The notes under the pieces: generated by a model
What the model was told of the DNA's origin: nothing
Database searches by the model: none
The model's input: the letters and a program-made list of their open reading frames with translations, nothing else
Shown here: piece after piece, positions 37,101 to 51,399 of the stretch
Layout: every line of letters starts with the position of its first letter
Position numbering within the stretch: position 1 is the stretch's first letter
Source of the DNA: Chiloscyllium plagiosum
Lineage: Eukaryota
Reading direction: 5' to 3'
Assembly (NCBI RefSeq): GCF_004010195.1
Contig: NC_057719.1
Coordinates: 38,178,097-38,242,096, forward strand
DNA: 64,000 nucleotides
Program-made: the position numbers and the translations under genes

Positions 37101-38390
37101 TGGTAGATATTTGGAACTTTCTTTCACAGACAGGAGTGGATGCAGAATCGATGATTAATTTTTAATCAGAATTTCTTTCTGTTAAGTAAATGTATTATGG
37201 GCCAAATGTATGGAATTAGGCCACAGATCAGCCATGATCGAATTGAATGAAGGAGCAGGTTCAAAGGGCTGAATGACCTGCTCATGTTCCTAAATGTGTA
37301 CATATTAAATTATAATTTAGTATTTATAAATGCTGGGTTACCCTTCTATACTGTAATATTTTCTAAGAAGCAGCATTGTAACTTGTTTTGTATTCTTACC
37401 ATTTTAAATAAAGGTGTTACACTGGCAATTTTCCAGTACTCTGGGACTTTTCCCATTGCCAAGGATTCTTCAAAGATTATAATCAGCACATCTCCCAACT
37501 CTGTAACTATTACTTTAATATCCTAGGATGCATCTCGTCAGGTCCAAGGGATTAATTGGCCTTTAGCTCCATTAGTTTCTCAAGCAATTTTCCTCTGCTT
37601 ATTGTATTTATTTCCTCTCCTTTTGTCACTTGACTATTTAATTTTTTTGGGATGTTTAGTATATTCTACCATTAAGATTATGCAAACTATTTATTAAGCA
37701 CCCCTACCTTTTTCTAGTTCTGCTTTATTTCCTCAGCTTTGTTCTCTAAGGCACCTATGTTAACTTTGGAGCCCCTCTTTTTTTTATATATATATATGTT
37801 TAGAGAATTTCCTGCAGTCCATTTTGATATTGTTTGCAAAGTTTGTCCTCTCCCTGTTAATCTTGTTGATCCTTTCGATTTTTAAAACTTGCACAATCTT
37901 CTAGCTTATCACAAATCTTTGTCACATTGAATAATTTTTTTCTTCCAATTTGATGCTATCCTGGGCTTGTCTGATTAATCATGACTAGCCTATCCCCTCG
38001 TTAGAATCCTTCTTTCTCATTGCAATCTATCCTTGCTATGTACCATGAACTGTTTTCTTAAATATCTGCCATTATTTCTCAACTGCCTTTGCTGCTAAAC
38101 TCCATCCCCAGTCCACCCGAGCTCTGGCCTCATTCCTTTAATAACTATACTTAAAGATTAGTACAGTTGTTTCTGATCCAAGTATCCTTCTCAAACTGAA
38201 TACTAAATTCTACCATTTATGGTCACTATCTTTTACTGTACCAGATCCAAAATGTCTCGATCCATGCTTTGATCCACAAAGTGCTATTCTAGGAAAACTA
38301 TCCCAATCCGCTATTAAGTATTTCTCTTGGATATTTATGCTAATCTGCCCCCAATCTGCATGAAAATAGAAGTTGTTTTCTGCAGTGTAG
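34195..38390. mobile_element. Cluster of CR1 fragments in both orientations (young 3' end at 34259-34510, - strand) with a nested SINE (36445-36630) and a MITE
   Basis: Multiple RT/linker motifs, e.g. aaatccctaggacctgatgg (KS.GPDG) and tctgatgacacaaaa (DDTK). Confidence 0.75.
35682..35780. mobile_element. 99-nt Tc1/mariner-type MITE
   Basis: Perfect 11-nt TIRs CAGAACAACCT/AGGTTGTTCTG flanked by TA. Confidence 0.75.
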
Positions 38391-40424
38391 GAATTTAATA
38401 GGATGTGAAAAGTGGTGGTTCCCTTTTTATCATATTTAAAGGTTTTTAACTACCGATTGAGACACAAGGTTGGACAGGTTGAATTTCATTGGCCATAGTC
38501 TTGCCTTTTCGAAATAATGAATTACATTATCATATCAGTCTGAGAAAGACTGAGCAGAATATTTTCCTATGGCAAGTGCCTAGGGGCTGCAGTATATCAA
38601 CAGGATTTAGGTGCCATATACACATGAGAATTTTCAGTTTTTTAAAACCATTTTATACAGTTGGGATTTTATCTCTAAGAAGTTGTAATATTAAAAGGAA
38701 AAATGCACTGTTCTCTACAGATTTTTATTGGACCAGAATCCATGTGGAATAAGCACTGTACTCCGTATTGTGTGTGCAACTCTTGGAGTAAAATGTTTAT
38801 CAGAATGATTAGATCTTAAAGGGTTAGAGTGCATAAATGTAACTTTATTTTTCCTGAGATTAGATGGTTATGTGATATAATTGATGTCTATTTCATGTAG
38901 CATAACATTTCTGGTAGGTTTGTGTGGCACTGTATTGAACTGTATCTATGCATACCACATCAAAAACATTACCCTCATCAAACCCCTCACCTTTTCAAAG
39001 AAGTCCAAGTTAGTTAAACATTATTTCCTTCAATAAAAAAATCAATGCTGGCTTTGACTAATTAATATGCATTTGCCCCAAATTATTGTTTTGAGGTTTA
39101 TTCATCAAAATTAAACTGTAATTGCTGGGCTTATCTAACATTTTTTTGAACAGTGTAATTTTCCTGTGCTGCATCACCCCAAGTCCAGGGAAAACGAAGA
39201 TTATGGCCACCATCCCTTCCATTTCCAGTCTCACTTCAAAATCCTTGGACTCATCTAATCAGCTATAAGTTCCAAGTAAATCTGATGTACCAATAGCTTA
39301 TTCAATGCTGCAACCTCCAATTTTGAACCCTTCTCATGATAGAGTTTCCTCTTGTAGCACCATGGTTTGGATAGCATGTCCTTCCTTTGGAAGTGTACTA
39401 ACTCAGGGAGCCCAACTGGAAAGGAACATCAAATGGACAAGGTGGGAAAGGTAGTGTACAGCATGCTTGTCTTCATGTATCAGGGCATTGAGTATAAAAA
39501 ATTGGCTAGTCATGTTGCAGCTGTTCAAAACTTCAGGCAAGTTTTGGAATTGTAGTGACCAGAACAGCATATACACAATAGAAAGAATGTGAAGGCTTTG
39601 AAGAGGGTACAAAATAGATTTATCAGGATGTTGCTGAGATTTATTTTTTTAAACATAGAGAAGTGATGTTACAATAAATTTACAGCTTTCCCACCACCAA
39701 AGCACAGACTTTGTTTTGTTTCTAATTATTAACGACAGTAAATTTACCTGTGTAGCCAATTATGGGCACTGCAAACCATCAAAGTGACAGTTGGATAGGG
39801 AGAGAGTGTGAAGGGACTAAATCAAAATGTAACTGGAACAGCAAACAAAGCACTAAAACTCCTGCAGTGCCCACTTGTATTGCTTTCTCCATCTCTGCTT
39901 TTTTCTACATGTTATCATTCAAGCAACTTCCCCAGCACCAAATTGCTCTGACTGACATTTTTTTAAAAACCTCTAACCGCCACCAGTAATCACCCCGTAG
40001 CTAATTAAATATTTAGAAGCAAGTAATGCAGACCATAACACGTTGGGGGGGGGGGGGGGTGTTAAAATTCAGAACTGTTATCACATGTGTCTGAATGACA
40101 TGCCCACCACCAAAATTACCATGACCTCTTGTTTTTTTAGCTACCACTAGTAATCATCCATGTAGTCAATAAAATATTTACAAGCAGAGTCCATTATGGG
40201 CAATGGAAACCATCAATGGTAAGGTGATAGGTAGGATACAGAGCACGGAAAGGGACTAAATCAAAATGGAGTTGGAGGGGGCAAATAAAGCACTGCATCT
40301 CTGTGGTGCCTACCTTTCTCTCTAAAGGCATTGAGAGCATGGGATGTGACTTTTTTCTCTCTTTCAACCCAGAAGTGTTATCTCACAACTGGGAAACTTC
40401 CCTCGATCAAAATCAAATCGCCCT

Positions 40425-41150
40425 GTTCAGATATGTTATGATACATGTTTTGGGACAATTGAGACTTGAACTTGAGCTGCTGGGCTCAAAGAGAAGGACA
40501 ATGTGCCACAAAAGGATATGTCCTTAGATATTTTTACTCAACCTGTCCAGACATATTATGACACACCTTTGGAGCAATTGGGACTTGAAGCCAGGACTCC
40601 TCGCTTGGAGGTAGGGACACAACCACTGCACCACAGGACTGCTAGCATATGTCTTTTCTTCTGCCATTCTATGTTCTGTGATTTCAATGGCCTAAAAATA
40701 TTTTGCCTGATTTGTAAATTTGACCACTTGGCGATAAGTTTCAATTAGTCACTTTTGTGGGTTAGAAACAGAAGTGGGGCAACGACCAAACCTGGCACTG
40801 CATTCAATATATTTCCCCCCCCCCCCCACCCCCAACACAACTCAAATGAGTACATGTTGTTTTCTGTCCAGTCTCTCCGTTTTCCTGAATGTACTCAATT
40901 CCTGCCACTTTGCACAGAAGAAACAATGGTAAGTTCAATGTTTTCAAATACCTGGCACTGTCACAAAGATGTGCTAGCTGCGGTTCACTTTTGTTTTCAA
41001 TTATTTAAAGAAATCTCAGGACATTTTATTAATTATCCAATTTTTCCTAATCAACCTGTTTGAAGATATAACGACTGGAGCAAATGGGACTTGAACCTAT
41101 GCCTCCCATTCCAGGGGGTAGGGACATTACCACTGCACCACAATAGGGCC
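40425..41150 (-). mobile_element. Three short tRNA-like SINE copies (about 40425-40512, 40530-40640, 41045-41150)
   Basis: Reverse complement TGTGGTGCAGTGGT..GTCCCTACC..G(G/C)TTCAAGTCCCA (A and B boxes) with a shared 3' tail. Confidence 0.6.
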
Positions 41151-41214
41151 CAATTGTATGTCTAACACATCAGATTTTAATTGACTGAAATAAACGCAAT
41201 TCAGGCATTTTAGA

Positions 41215-42345
41215 CCGTAAGACACAGGAGCAGAAATTAGGCCATTCAACACATCGAGTTTGCTCGGCCATTCAATCATGGTTGATAAGTGTCTCGATCC
41301 CATTCTCCCGCTTTCTCCCCATAATCCTTGATACTCAAGAATCTATCTATCTCAGTCTTAACTATACTCAATGATCTGGCCTCGCCAACCTTCTGTGACA
41401 GTGAATTCCATAGATTCACCACTCTTCGGCTAAAGAAATTTATCCTTATCCCCATTCTAAAAGGTTTTCCCTCTGGTCCTAGTCTCTCCTACCAATAGAA
41501 ACATCTTCTAAACATCATCTCTGTCCAGGCCATTCAGTATTCTGTATGTTTTAATTAGATCCCCCTCATTCTTTGAATCTCCATCGAGTATAGATCCAGA
41601 GTTCTTGAGCATTCCTTACATGTTAAGCTTTTCACTCTTGGGACTATGCTCATGAACTTTATCTAAACATGCTCCAGGGCCAGTATATCCTTCCTCAGAT
41701 GTGAGGCCCAAAACTGCACGCACCACTCCAAATGTGGGTCTGACCAAAGCCTTTTAGAGCCTCAGAAGTATATCCCTACTTTTACATTAAAGTCCCCTCA
41801 AAATAAATGCCATCATTGCATTTGCCTTCCTAACTACAGACTCAAACTGAAAGTTTACTTTGAGAGAATCCTGGACGAGAACTCCCAAGTCTCCTTGTAC
41901 TTCTGAATTTTCTCCTCATTTTAGAAAATAGTCCATGCCTGTATTTTTTTTCTACCAAAGTGCATGACATCACACTTTCCCATGTTATACTCCATCTGCC
42001 ACTTTTTTGCCTACTCTCCTAATCTGTCTAAATTGTTCTGCAGCCTCCTTGCCGCCTCAATGCTACCTGTCCCTCTACCTCTCTTTATATCATCTGCAAA
42101 CCTATCCAGAATGCCCTGCATTCCTTCATCGAGATCATTAATGTATGAAGTGAAAGGTTGTGGTTCCAACACTGACCCTTGCGAAACACCACTTCTCACT
42201 AGCTGCCATTCTGAGAGACCCTCTTATCCTCATTCTCTGCCTTCTGCCAGACAGCGAAGCTTCTATCCATGCCAGCACCTTACCTCTGACACTGTGGGCC
42301 CTTACCTTACCCATTAGCCACCTGTACAGCACCTTGTCAAAGGAA
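41215..42345 (-). mobile_element. CR1 LINE RT to 3' end
   Basis: SGVSQGSVLEP..YINDLDEG..FADD in the ORF track; SFDKV; CR1 tail. Confidence 0.88.
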
Positions 42346-42659
42346 ACATTTAATATTTGAACTGCCACACAAATGGGAGAAATGACAGACACAAACTATA
42401 ATGAATATTTCTAAATACAAATTTAGATAAATGAAACATCACAAAAATAAGCAAGCTGATGGTGTCAAATTGCGCCTGCTCTTCAGCTGCAACCACATAG
42501 AGCAAACTTAGTTAATGAGTTTAAAGAATTTAGCCTTCAGTATTCTTCCAATACTTTTAATTGGATGAATTGAAATAAAATGTGTTAGTCAAATATGTCT
42601 GAATGATTTATCCTAAAAGTTTAAATATTATGAACCTTATAAATTAGTTTTCTAAAAGA

Positions 42660-43720
42660 TATCCTTGGCATGTGAATCTTGCTGTCAAGGCCAGAATGTA
42701 TTGTCCATCTCTAGTTGCCCTTGAAGATGGTGACCTTCCTTACTGAACCATTGTCATTTGTGTGGAACATGTACACCTGAAGGAGGACTTGGCTTTTGAC
42801 CCAGCAACAGTGAAGGAATAGCAATATAGCTCCAAGTCTGGATGGTGTGTGGAGGGGAGTGTGCAGTTGGTCCCATGCAATGTTGCATTTTTTTCCTCCT
42901 TGCTATTGGAAGTTATAGGTTTGGAAGATGCCTGTGGAGGAATGTTATAAGTTGCTTTTGTGCAGCTTGTAAGCAGTGAATGGATTAGTGATTAGACAGG
43001 CTGTTTTGGATGCTGTTTAGCTTCCAGAGTGTAATCGGAGCTGCAGTTATTCAGGCAAATGGAATGTATTCAATAGCACTCATGATGTTTCGTCAACGAT
43101 GGATAGTTTGAGAGTCAGAAGGTGAGCTATTCATGGTCGAATTTCTGCTGACTTTTTATTGCCAATATATTTATATGGCTTGGTTCAATTCATGTCTGGT
43201 CAACAGTAATCCTCAGGAGATGGTTAGTGGGATATTTGAGGATGGTAATATTGTTAGATGTCAGCAGGAGATGATTACCTAGTATTTGTGGGAGAACATG
43301 TCACAGGGATATTGGCCGTAAAGTATGATTCCATGAAGGTATGCCAGGCTGATTCTTGACTGTCCCAGTTTTAGCACAGGTCTCCTGATGTTAACAAAGA
43401 GAAATTTGCAGGTGCCCCTTTGTCATTTCTAGATGCTGTTGATGTTTTATACTACTCAACATTTTTGTAATGATTTGCTACAAGTGAATGGTTTGAGGAG
43501 GCATTTCAAAGGCTATTTAAGAAGTTCACACATTGTTGGTCTGGAGTCAAATTTAAAACAGACCAGATAAACACAGCAGATTTCTGCCTATGAAAGACAT
43601 CAGTGAGCTATTTAGGTTTTTACAACATTTCAAGCTTTTATGATTAAATTCCTCAGCTGCCAGGGTGAAATAATTTGCACCTCTGAATTGCTAGTCCAGT
43701 AACATCACAATTCTACCACT
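42660..43720 (-). mobile_element. Decayed second-family LINE 3' region with a SINE-like head
   Basis: Similar to 50215-50900 and to the SINE core at 8380-8612. Confidence 0.6.
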
Positions 43721-44029
43721 CTTCCTTTGTCCCACTTGACTCCACGCTCTCGACTTTGCAGAAGTTCAACCATCAGAAATGTAAAAAGATTATCAGAGTT
43801 TGGTGTTATCAAATATAACAGTTGATTAAAGATAACTGCTAAATTTCTCCTGATAAACAACAAAAAAATTACAGTGGCCTGTTTGAGCATCTTAATCTTT
43901 TTGGCTGAGATAATATAGCTGTAGAGAAAACCAAGTTGTTAGCTTTACCTTTCCAGTATGTATTACAAGTTGCACTCTTGTTTGCCGTAAGATTTAATTT
44001 TATAAACCTAAATTTAAAAATAATACTTC

Positions 44030-45815
44030 AATGAATCCAAATGGTTTTTACAAATATATTAAGGACAAAAGGGTAACTAGGGAGAGAATAGGGCCCCTCA
44101 GATCAGCAAGGTGGCCTTTGTGTGGAGCCACAGAAAATGGGGGAGATACTAAATGAATATTTTGCATCAGTATTTACTGTGGAAAAGGATATGGAAGATA
44201 TAGACGGGAAATAGATGGTGACGTCTTGCAAATGTCCAGATTACAGAGGAGGAAGTGCTGGATATCTTGAAACGGTTAAAGGTGGATAAATCCCCAGGAC
44301 CTGATCAGGTGTACCCGAGAACTCTGTGGAAAGCTAGAGATGTTTGTATCATCGATAGCTACAGGTGAGGTGCCGGAAGACTGGAGGATGGCAACCGTGG
44401 TGCCACTGTTTAAGAGCGGTAAAGACAAGCCAGAGAACTATAGAGCGGTGAGCCTGACCTCAGTGGTGGAATCCTGAGGGACAGGATGTACATGTATTTG
44501 GAAAGGCAAGGACTGATTCAGGATAGTCAACATGGCATTGTGAGTGGGAAATCATGTCTCACAAACTTGATTGAGTTTTTTGAAGAAGTAACAAAGATGA
44601 TTGATGAGGGCAGAGATGATTGATGAGGGCAGAGCAGTAGATATGATCTATATGGACTTCAGTAAGGCGTTCGACAAGGTTTCCCATGGGAGACTGATTA
44701 GCAAGGTTAGATCTCATGGAATACAGGGAGAGCTAGCCATTTGGATACAGAACTGGCTCAAAGGTAGAAGCCAGAGGGTGGTGGTGGAGGGTTGTTTTTC
44801 AGACTGGAGGCCTGTGACCAGTGGAGTGCCACAAGGATCTATGCTTGGCCCTCTACTTTTTGTCATTTACATAAATGATTTGGATGCGAGCATAAGAGGT
44901 ACAGTTAGTAAGTTTGCAGATGACACCAAAATTGGAGGTGTAGTGGACAGCGAAGAGTTTACTCCGATTACAGCAGGATCTGGACCAGATGGGCCAATGG
45001 GCTGAGAAGTGGAAGGTGGAGTTTAATTCAGATAAATGTGAGGTGCTGCATTTTGGGAAAGCAAATCTTAGAAGGACTTATACACTTAATGGTAAGGTCC
45101 TAGGGAGTGTTGCTGAACAAAGAGACCTTAGAGTGCAGGTTCATAGCTCCTTGAAAGTGGAGTCGCAGGTAGATAGGATAGTGAAGTAGGCGTTTGGTAT
45201 GCTTTCCTTTATTAGTCAGAGCATTGAGTACAGGAGTTGGGAGGTCATGTTGCAGCTGTACAGGACATTGGTTAGGCCACTGTTGGAATATTGCGTGCAA
45301 TTCTGGTCTCCTTCCTATCGGAACGATGTTGTGAAACTTGAAAGGGTTCAGGAAAGATTTACAAGGATGTTGCCAGGGTTGGAGGATCTGAGCTACAGGG
45401 AGAGGCTGTTTTCCCTGGAGCGTCGGAGGCTGAGGGGTGATCTTATGGAGGTTTACAAAATTGAGGGGCATGGATAGGATAAATAGACAAAGTCTTTTCC
45501 CTGGGGTTGGGGAGTCCAGAACTGGGGGGCATAGGTTTAGGGTGACAGGGGAAAGATATAAAAGAGACCTAAGGGGCAAGATTTTCACGCAGAGGGTGGT
45601 ACGTGTATGGAATGAGCTGCCAGAGGAAGTGGTGGAGGCTGGTACAATTGCAACATTTAAAAGGCATCTTGATGGGTATATGAATAGGGAGGGTTGGATG
45701 GATATGGGCCGGGTGCTGGCAGGTGGGACTAGATTGGGTTGGGATATCTGCTCTGCATGGACGGGTTGGACCGAAGGGTCTGTTTCCATGCTGTACATTT
45801 GTATAACTCTATGAT
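44030..45815 (+). mobile_element. Young 5'-truncated CR1 LINE (RT domain to 3' end, frameshifted)
   Basis: [43 protein letters not shown]; probable TSD taat(a)cttcaa at about 44021 and 45818; internal 19-nt tandem duplication at 44595-44632. Confidence 0.95.
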
Positions 45816-46611
45816 TGTAATCTTCAAAGGTTGTACGTTATAGTAATGGCAGTATGTAAATAAAATCTCACCTTTTGCTCAATTGTGTTAAATATTGCCA
45901 AAAATTGATTGTCAACCTCATTTAAATTGAGTTGATTAATACAAAAAAACTACTTTTGCATGAAGATCCACACAATGAAAAACACTGCGTAATAAAAGTT
46001 ATTATAATGATCATAATAGGCCATAGTTTGCCTGATATACTGAGACAAGGAAAACTTGAAGGTTGAATGTTATGCTTGTTGAAAAACTGCTGCAATCTGT
46101 TTAAACTGTTATTGTTACTTGCTGTACATTAGTGGAAGTTGTAAATAAGTAGAATGCTGGGACATATTTTCTGATAGATTTTGACCTATTTTGTGAAAAA
46201 TAGTTTTAGTTAATCCAGCCTTCTAAGCCTTTCACAATGCAATGTTATGTATTCAGATGAGAACTTATATTCCCAAATTACTAGATACATCTAGTTTGAA
46301 CTTTCCTCTGCTTTATACCTAACCAGTTAGAGAAAGATGAATCCTGTATCTTTACTAAAGTGTCAGTTGCTCTATTCACAAATAATAAGAAGGGGCTTTC
46401 CTCAGTTAAGCCTCAGATGTAACATGCTGCTTCCTGTTCTCACCCTTAAAGTTGCATGCAACACCCTTGCAGAATCATGGTTTGTTTCTAATTCATCCAC
46501 AATCATTTTGTGTGTATTCACACCGAATTGACTGGTCATTAATGAACATTTGCTGAGACAGAGATTTTGCCTGTAATTTCGAAAGAAAAGGAGAGATGAA
46601 CTGTTGCCAGC

Positions 46612-46850
46612 AATCATAGAATTGTAGAATCTGTACAGTTTGGAAGCAGTCCATTTGGCCCATTGAGTCTTCACCAATCCTCCAATTAGATCCATCCCCC
46701 TACCTATCCCTGAAATCCTGCATTTCCAATGGCCAATCCACCTCTTCTGCACAGCTGTGGATGGTTGGAAGAACCCACGCAGACACAGGCAAAATGTATA
46801 AACTCCACTGGGTTCCTGACACTGAGGCAGCAGTGCTAGCCACTGGGCTG
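46612..46850 (-). mobile_element. Deleted HE1-like SINE
   Basis: acccacgcagacac..aaactccac..gaggcagcagtgcta.ccactg plus a CR1-like tail. Confidence 0.7.
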
Positions 46851-47549
46851 CCCAAAGGGCTATGTGTTTTATATCACCAAAGTGTTCAATAATTTCTCCT
46901 TAACTCCAATATTCAGTTACCAATCATAATAAATCAGTAACATTCCAAGATTGAAGTCAAAATGTTGTGACATTTGCTCAACTGCTGCATGTAACTTCAA
47001 GCAATTTGTTCATTCTGATTGACCCTAACACTCAGGGGCAAGTAACTATCTACATCTATCCTGTTAAACAGGAATTAAGATTTAGGTTACTGGCTGGTGA
47101 CTCTCAAAGGTAGATAAATGGAGGAAATAATGGAGTTGGTTGATGTTACAAGTTGAAATAGGATATAGAAACCTAGAAAATAGGAGCAGGAGTAGTAGGC
47201 AATTTGGTTCTTCAAGTCTGCTCTTCCACTCAATATGATGATACCTGATCATCCAATTTAGTATCTTGTTCCTGACGACTTCCTATATCCTCTGATCACT
47301 TTAGACCTAAGAGCTATATCTAATGCCTCTTTGAAAACTTCCAATGATTTGAATTCAACTGCTTTCTGAAATATGAAGTCTGATCCAAACTCAGCACTGT
47401 AAAAGGAGTCGGATAAACCAGAAAATTGAGAAGCAGATTACTTCAATTTACCAGAACCTACCCAATAGGATCAACTTAATAAAGTTTGTCGGACCTGACT
47501 GATATTTATTACTAATCATTATTATGAGGCAGATTATATTTCATAAACC

Positions 47550-48365
47550 TTAGAACTCTTTGAGGGACGCAAAATCAGATGCTAAAAGTAAATCATTCGA
47601 AGTGGCTCAGCTGATGTTTTAAAAGGTTCTAATAATGTGCAACACAATACTTCCATCAGTGAAGAACAGGAGAGTTTCTCTGGGTTTGAAAATATACTTG
47701 ATGGACAACCAGCCCTTCTAGGTGATTAGGAAGGCAGATGTCCATTGAGAGGAAAACAGAAAATAAAGATTGGAATATTTTGCTGCAGTTGTACAAAGGC
47801 ATTGAAGCAGTATGGAGTACTTGTAGAGTTTTGGTCACTTTTTATTTAAGAAAAGACAATTTCAAAAGATGTAATGCAGCGAAGGTTCTCTTTACTGACT
47901 CCTGAGATGACAGGAAGATTATCTTGTGAGGAAAGGTTCGTCGGGCTCGGTGTGATTCCATTAGGATTTGAATGATGAGAGCTGATCTTATTGAATCCTC
48001 AAAGATCCTGAGCAGAGTTGACAAAGTGGATACCGAGAAACCATTGCCCTGTGGGAGTGACCAGAACTAGGGAACACTGTCTCAAAGTAAGGCTCACCTA
48101 TTTAAAACAGAGAAGAGAATGCTTTCCTGTAAGAGTATCTTGAGTCTGTGAAATTTTCTTCCTTGGAAAGCAGTGGAGACACTGATGTAAATATTTTCAA
48201 AGTGGCAATAGAGAGATTCTTTAGTAAAAAAAAAAATGAGTCAAAGGATATTGGGAGCAGGCAGGAAAGTGGAGCTGATGCCACAATCAGATCAGACATG
48301 ATCTTGTTTGGCAGAACAAGTTTGAGGAGCTCAAATGGTCCAATCCTGCTTCTAATTCATGCCCC
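47550..48365 (+). mobile_element. Old CR1 fragment
   Basis: Decayed RT C-terminus and CR1 tail. Confidence 0.65.
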
Positions 48366-49429
48366 GCCTTCCTCAACTCTTTCCTGAGCTAATGTGATGA
48401 CAACCTTCAGTGAAACAAATAGGTGAGCTGTTGATAGCTGAATGCAGATGTAGCTCACCAACATTATCTAGATAAGTCCCACGACCTAATGTACCTAATG
48501 GTGTCTCTGAGACAAATATAAGCTGCCCCAGTCTAGAATTGAAAATGGACAGAGACCAAATTCCACTCCATGTTTCTGGAATGATTATGAAAGGATAACT
48601 GAAGCAACTGGGAGAAGAGGAGCCTAACTCTATCAAAACCATGAGGAAGTGATGAATTTGAGTGCTCACTTTGGGCAGTGCAAATCACGTGGCACGTTAC
48701 TTCCAACTTTGGCACTTTATTTGAGAACGGGAGAAACTAGAATGCAGCAGTCAAAAGCATTCAATGTATTCACTGTCAGGAACTGATTCTGTCCTGGACA
48801 GCTGCTTGGCAGAAAACTCTTGTAAAGATTGAGTGTTTAGACCTTTTAACTACTGCCAGCAACAACATTACTTTATGCAGAGGTGCCCATATCTGGACAG
48901 TCCCTATATAGGTTGGTGTCGATAGCAACAGTACACTGGGAATCCCCCATTACATACTAAGGGGGGTATTTGCATAATTACCACAGATTTAAATATCAGT
49001 TTTGGGCTCGCTGGTTCTGAACAGTGGTGTGGGGAGCGTGTAGATCACTTGAACCTGAAACTAATGATGCTGACATTGTAAATCCTGGTGTTAGGAAGCC
49101 AGGGAACTGTGACTTAAAGCTGCATGCGATATTTACAGTGTGCTTACAGTGCTACTTTGACATCACTGATCTCTCTTTGATGGAGTAAAGGTCAGTATCT
49201 TTGTAAGCTCAGTCAGTAAGAAGTGGTTGCAGGCAGCGAAGTACATTCAGTTGAAAATGCTTTGTTGCATGCTGTACCTGGTAGTTGAACATTGCCTGTA
49301 GGAATTTCTGTCTGTAAACCCATGAGAAAGGACAACACAGTGGCAATGATAAAACTTTTGCCATTTATGTATTGAAAATTCTAACACAATTCACATAAAT
49401 ATTTATTGCTCCCATTTGTTAAGCAAAAG

Positions 49430-50060
49430 GCATCCAAGTGCTAGAGGAAGTGGTGGAAGCTGGTGAAATGACATCATTTAGATTAGATTAGATTCCCGAC
49501 CGTGTGGAAACAGGCTCTTCGGCCCAACAAGTCCACACCGACCCTCTGAAGAGTAACCCACCCAGACCCATTTCCCTCTGACTAATGCACCTAACACTAT
49601 GGGCAATTTAGCATGGCCAATCTACCGGAGGAGAAAGTGAGGACTGCAGAAGCTGGAGATCAGAGCTGAAAATGTGTTGCTGGAAAAGCGCAGCAGGTCA
49701 GGCAGCATCCAAGGAACAGGAGAATCGACGTTTCGGGCATATGCCCAATCTACCTGACCTGTACATCTTTGGACTGAGAGGGGAAACCCGAGCACCCGGA
49801 GGAAACCCACGCAGACACTGGGAGAATGTACAAACTCCACACAGACAGTCGCCCGAGGCTGGAATCGAACCTGGGTCCCTGGCACTGTGAGGCTGCAGTG
49901 CTAACCACTGAGCCACTGTTTATAAGACATCTAGATGGGTACATAAATAGGAAGGGTTTGGAGCGATATGAGTCAAATGTTGGCAAATGGGAGTAGATTA
50001 GGATATCTGGTTGGCATGGACGAGATGGACCAAAAGGTCTGTGTAGCTCTATGACTCTAA
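49430..50060. mobile_element. Nested trio: CR1 3' end (+) containing an HE1-like SINE (-, about 49481-49917) containing a Penelope-type repeat (-, 49627-49744)
   Basis: CR1 sequence resumes after the SINE; the Penelope piece is flanked by the 10-nt TSD ccaatctacc (49617-49626, 49745-49754). Confidence 0.85.
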
Positions 50061-50214
50061 GCACCTAAAGACTATAAAACCATAAAACAAAGGAACAGAA
50101 GTAGGCTATTCCACCCTTCAAGTCTGTTCTCCCTTTCAGTGAGATCATGGCTGATCTGATAATTCTTAATTCCACTTTCCTGTCTTATCTGTATAACTCT
50201 TGATTCCCTATTTT

Positions 50215-51395
50215 TTCACATGTACTCATGGGAAGTGGCTATTGTTGGCTGGCCAACCTTTATTGCCCATCCTTTGTTCCCTTTGAAGGTGGTTATGAGC
50301 TGCCACCATGAATCACTGCAGTCCATGTGCTACAGGTTGACCCACAATGGTGTTATGAAAGGGATTCCACGATTATGACCCAGCGACAGTAAGTAGCAAT
50401 ATGTTTTCTAGTCAGGATGATGAGTTGCGTGGAGGTGAACTTGCAGGTGGTGCTGTTTCCATCTATCTGCTGTCCTTGTCTTTCTAGACTGAAGTGGCTG
50501 TGGGTCTAGAAGGTACTTTCCAGTGATCTTTGGCAAATTTCTGCAGTGCATCTTGTAGATCTCTCACACTGCTGCTGCTGAGTGTTGGTGGTGAAGTGAG
50601 TGGATGTTTGTGGACGTGGTACCAATCAAGTGGGCTGCTTTGTCCTAGATGGTGTCAAACTTCATAAATGTTGTTGGAGTTGCACTCATCTAGGAATGTA
50701 TTCCATGAAGCTCCTGACATTTGCCTTGTAGATGATGAACAGCCTTTGGGAGTCAGAAGGTGAGTTACTCGCCACAGTATTCCTAGTCTCTAACCTGCTC
50801 TTGTAGCCACTGTGTTTATCCACTAAGTCCAGTTGAGCTTCTGTCCATGGTAACCTCTTCCCCCAGGGGAATTCAGTGATTGTCTCTTATTAGAAATGGT
50901 CATTGCCTGGCATTTCTGTGGTGTGAATGCTACTTGCCACTTGTCAGCCCAAACCTGGAAATTGCCCAGGTCTAGTGTCTGAAGAGGTGCAAATGGTGCT
51001 GAGCATTGTGTAATCATCAGGGAGCATCCCCACTTCTGTCCTTACGATGGAGGGAAGGTCATTGGTGAAGCACCTGGCTGGGCCTACGACACTACCCTGA
51101 GGAACTCCGGCAGAGATGTCCTGGAGCTGAGATGACTGACCTCGAACAACCACAACCATCTTGTGTGATGGGTATGACCACAACCACCGGAGAGTTTGCC
51201 CCCGATTCCCATTCATTCCAGTTTTACTGGGACTTTTTGATGCCATGCTCTGTGAAATGTAGCCTTGATATCAAAGGCTGTCACTCTCACCCCACCGTGG
51301 AATTCATATTTGAAGCAAGGCAGTGATGAAGTTGGAAGCTGAGTGGCCCAGGCATTCCGGGAATGGTAGCACTGTTATTGACACCTTGTATCACT
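50215..51395 (-). mobile_element. Second-family LINE, RT to 3' end, inserted in a CR1 tail
   Basis: AGVPQGSVVGP..NDLPSIVRTEVGM..DD and WADKWQVAFTPQKCQ in the ORF track; flanking CR1 at 50075-50210 resumes near 51400. Confidence 0.85.
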
Positions 51396-51399
51396 TTAA

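Noticed and set aside
40425..41150. Functional tRNA genes
   Set aside because: A/B boxes are present, but the cloverleaf is degraded and copies share a non-tRNA tail, consistent with SINEs.
45100..45798. 232-aa minus-strand ORF
   Set aside because: Antisense shadow of the CR1 RT/3' region.
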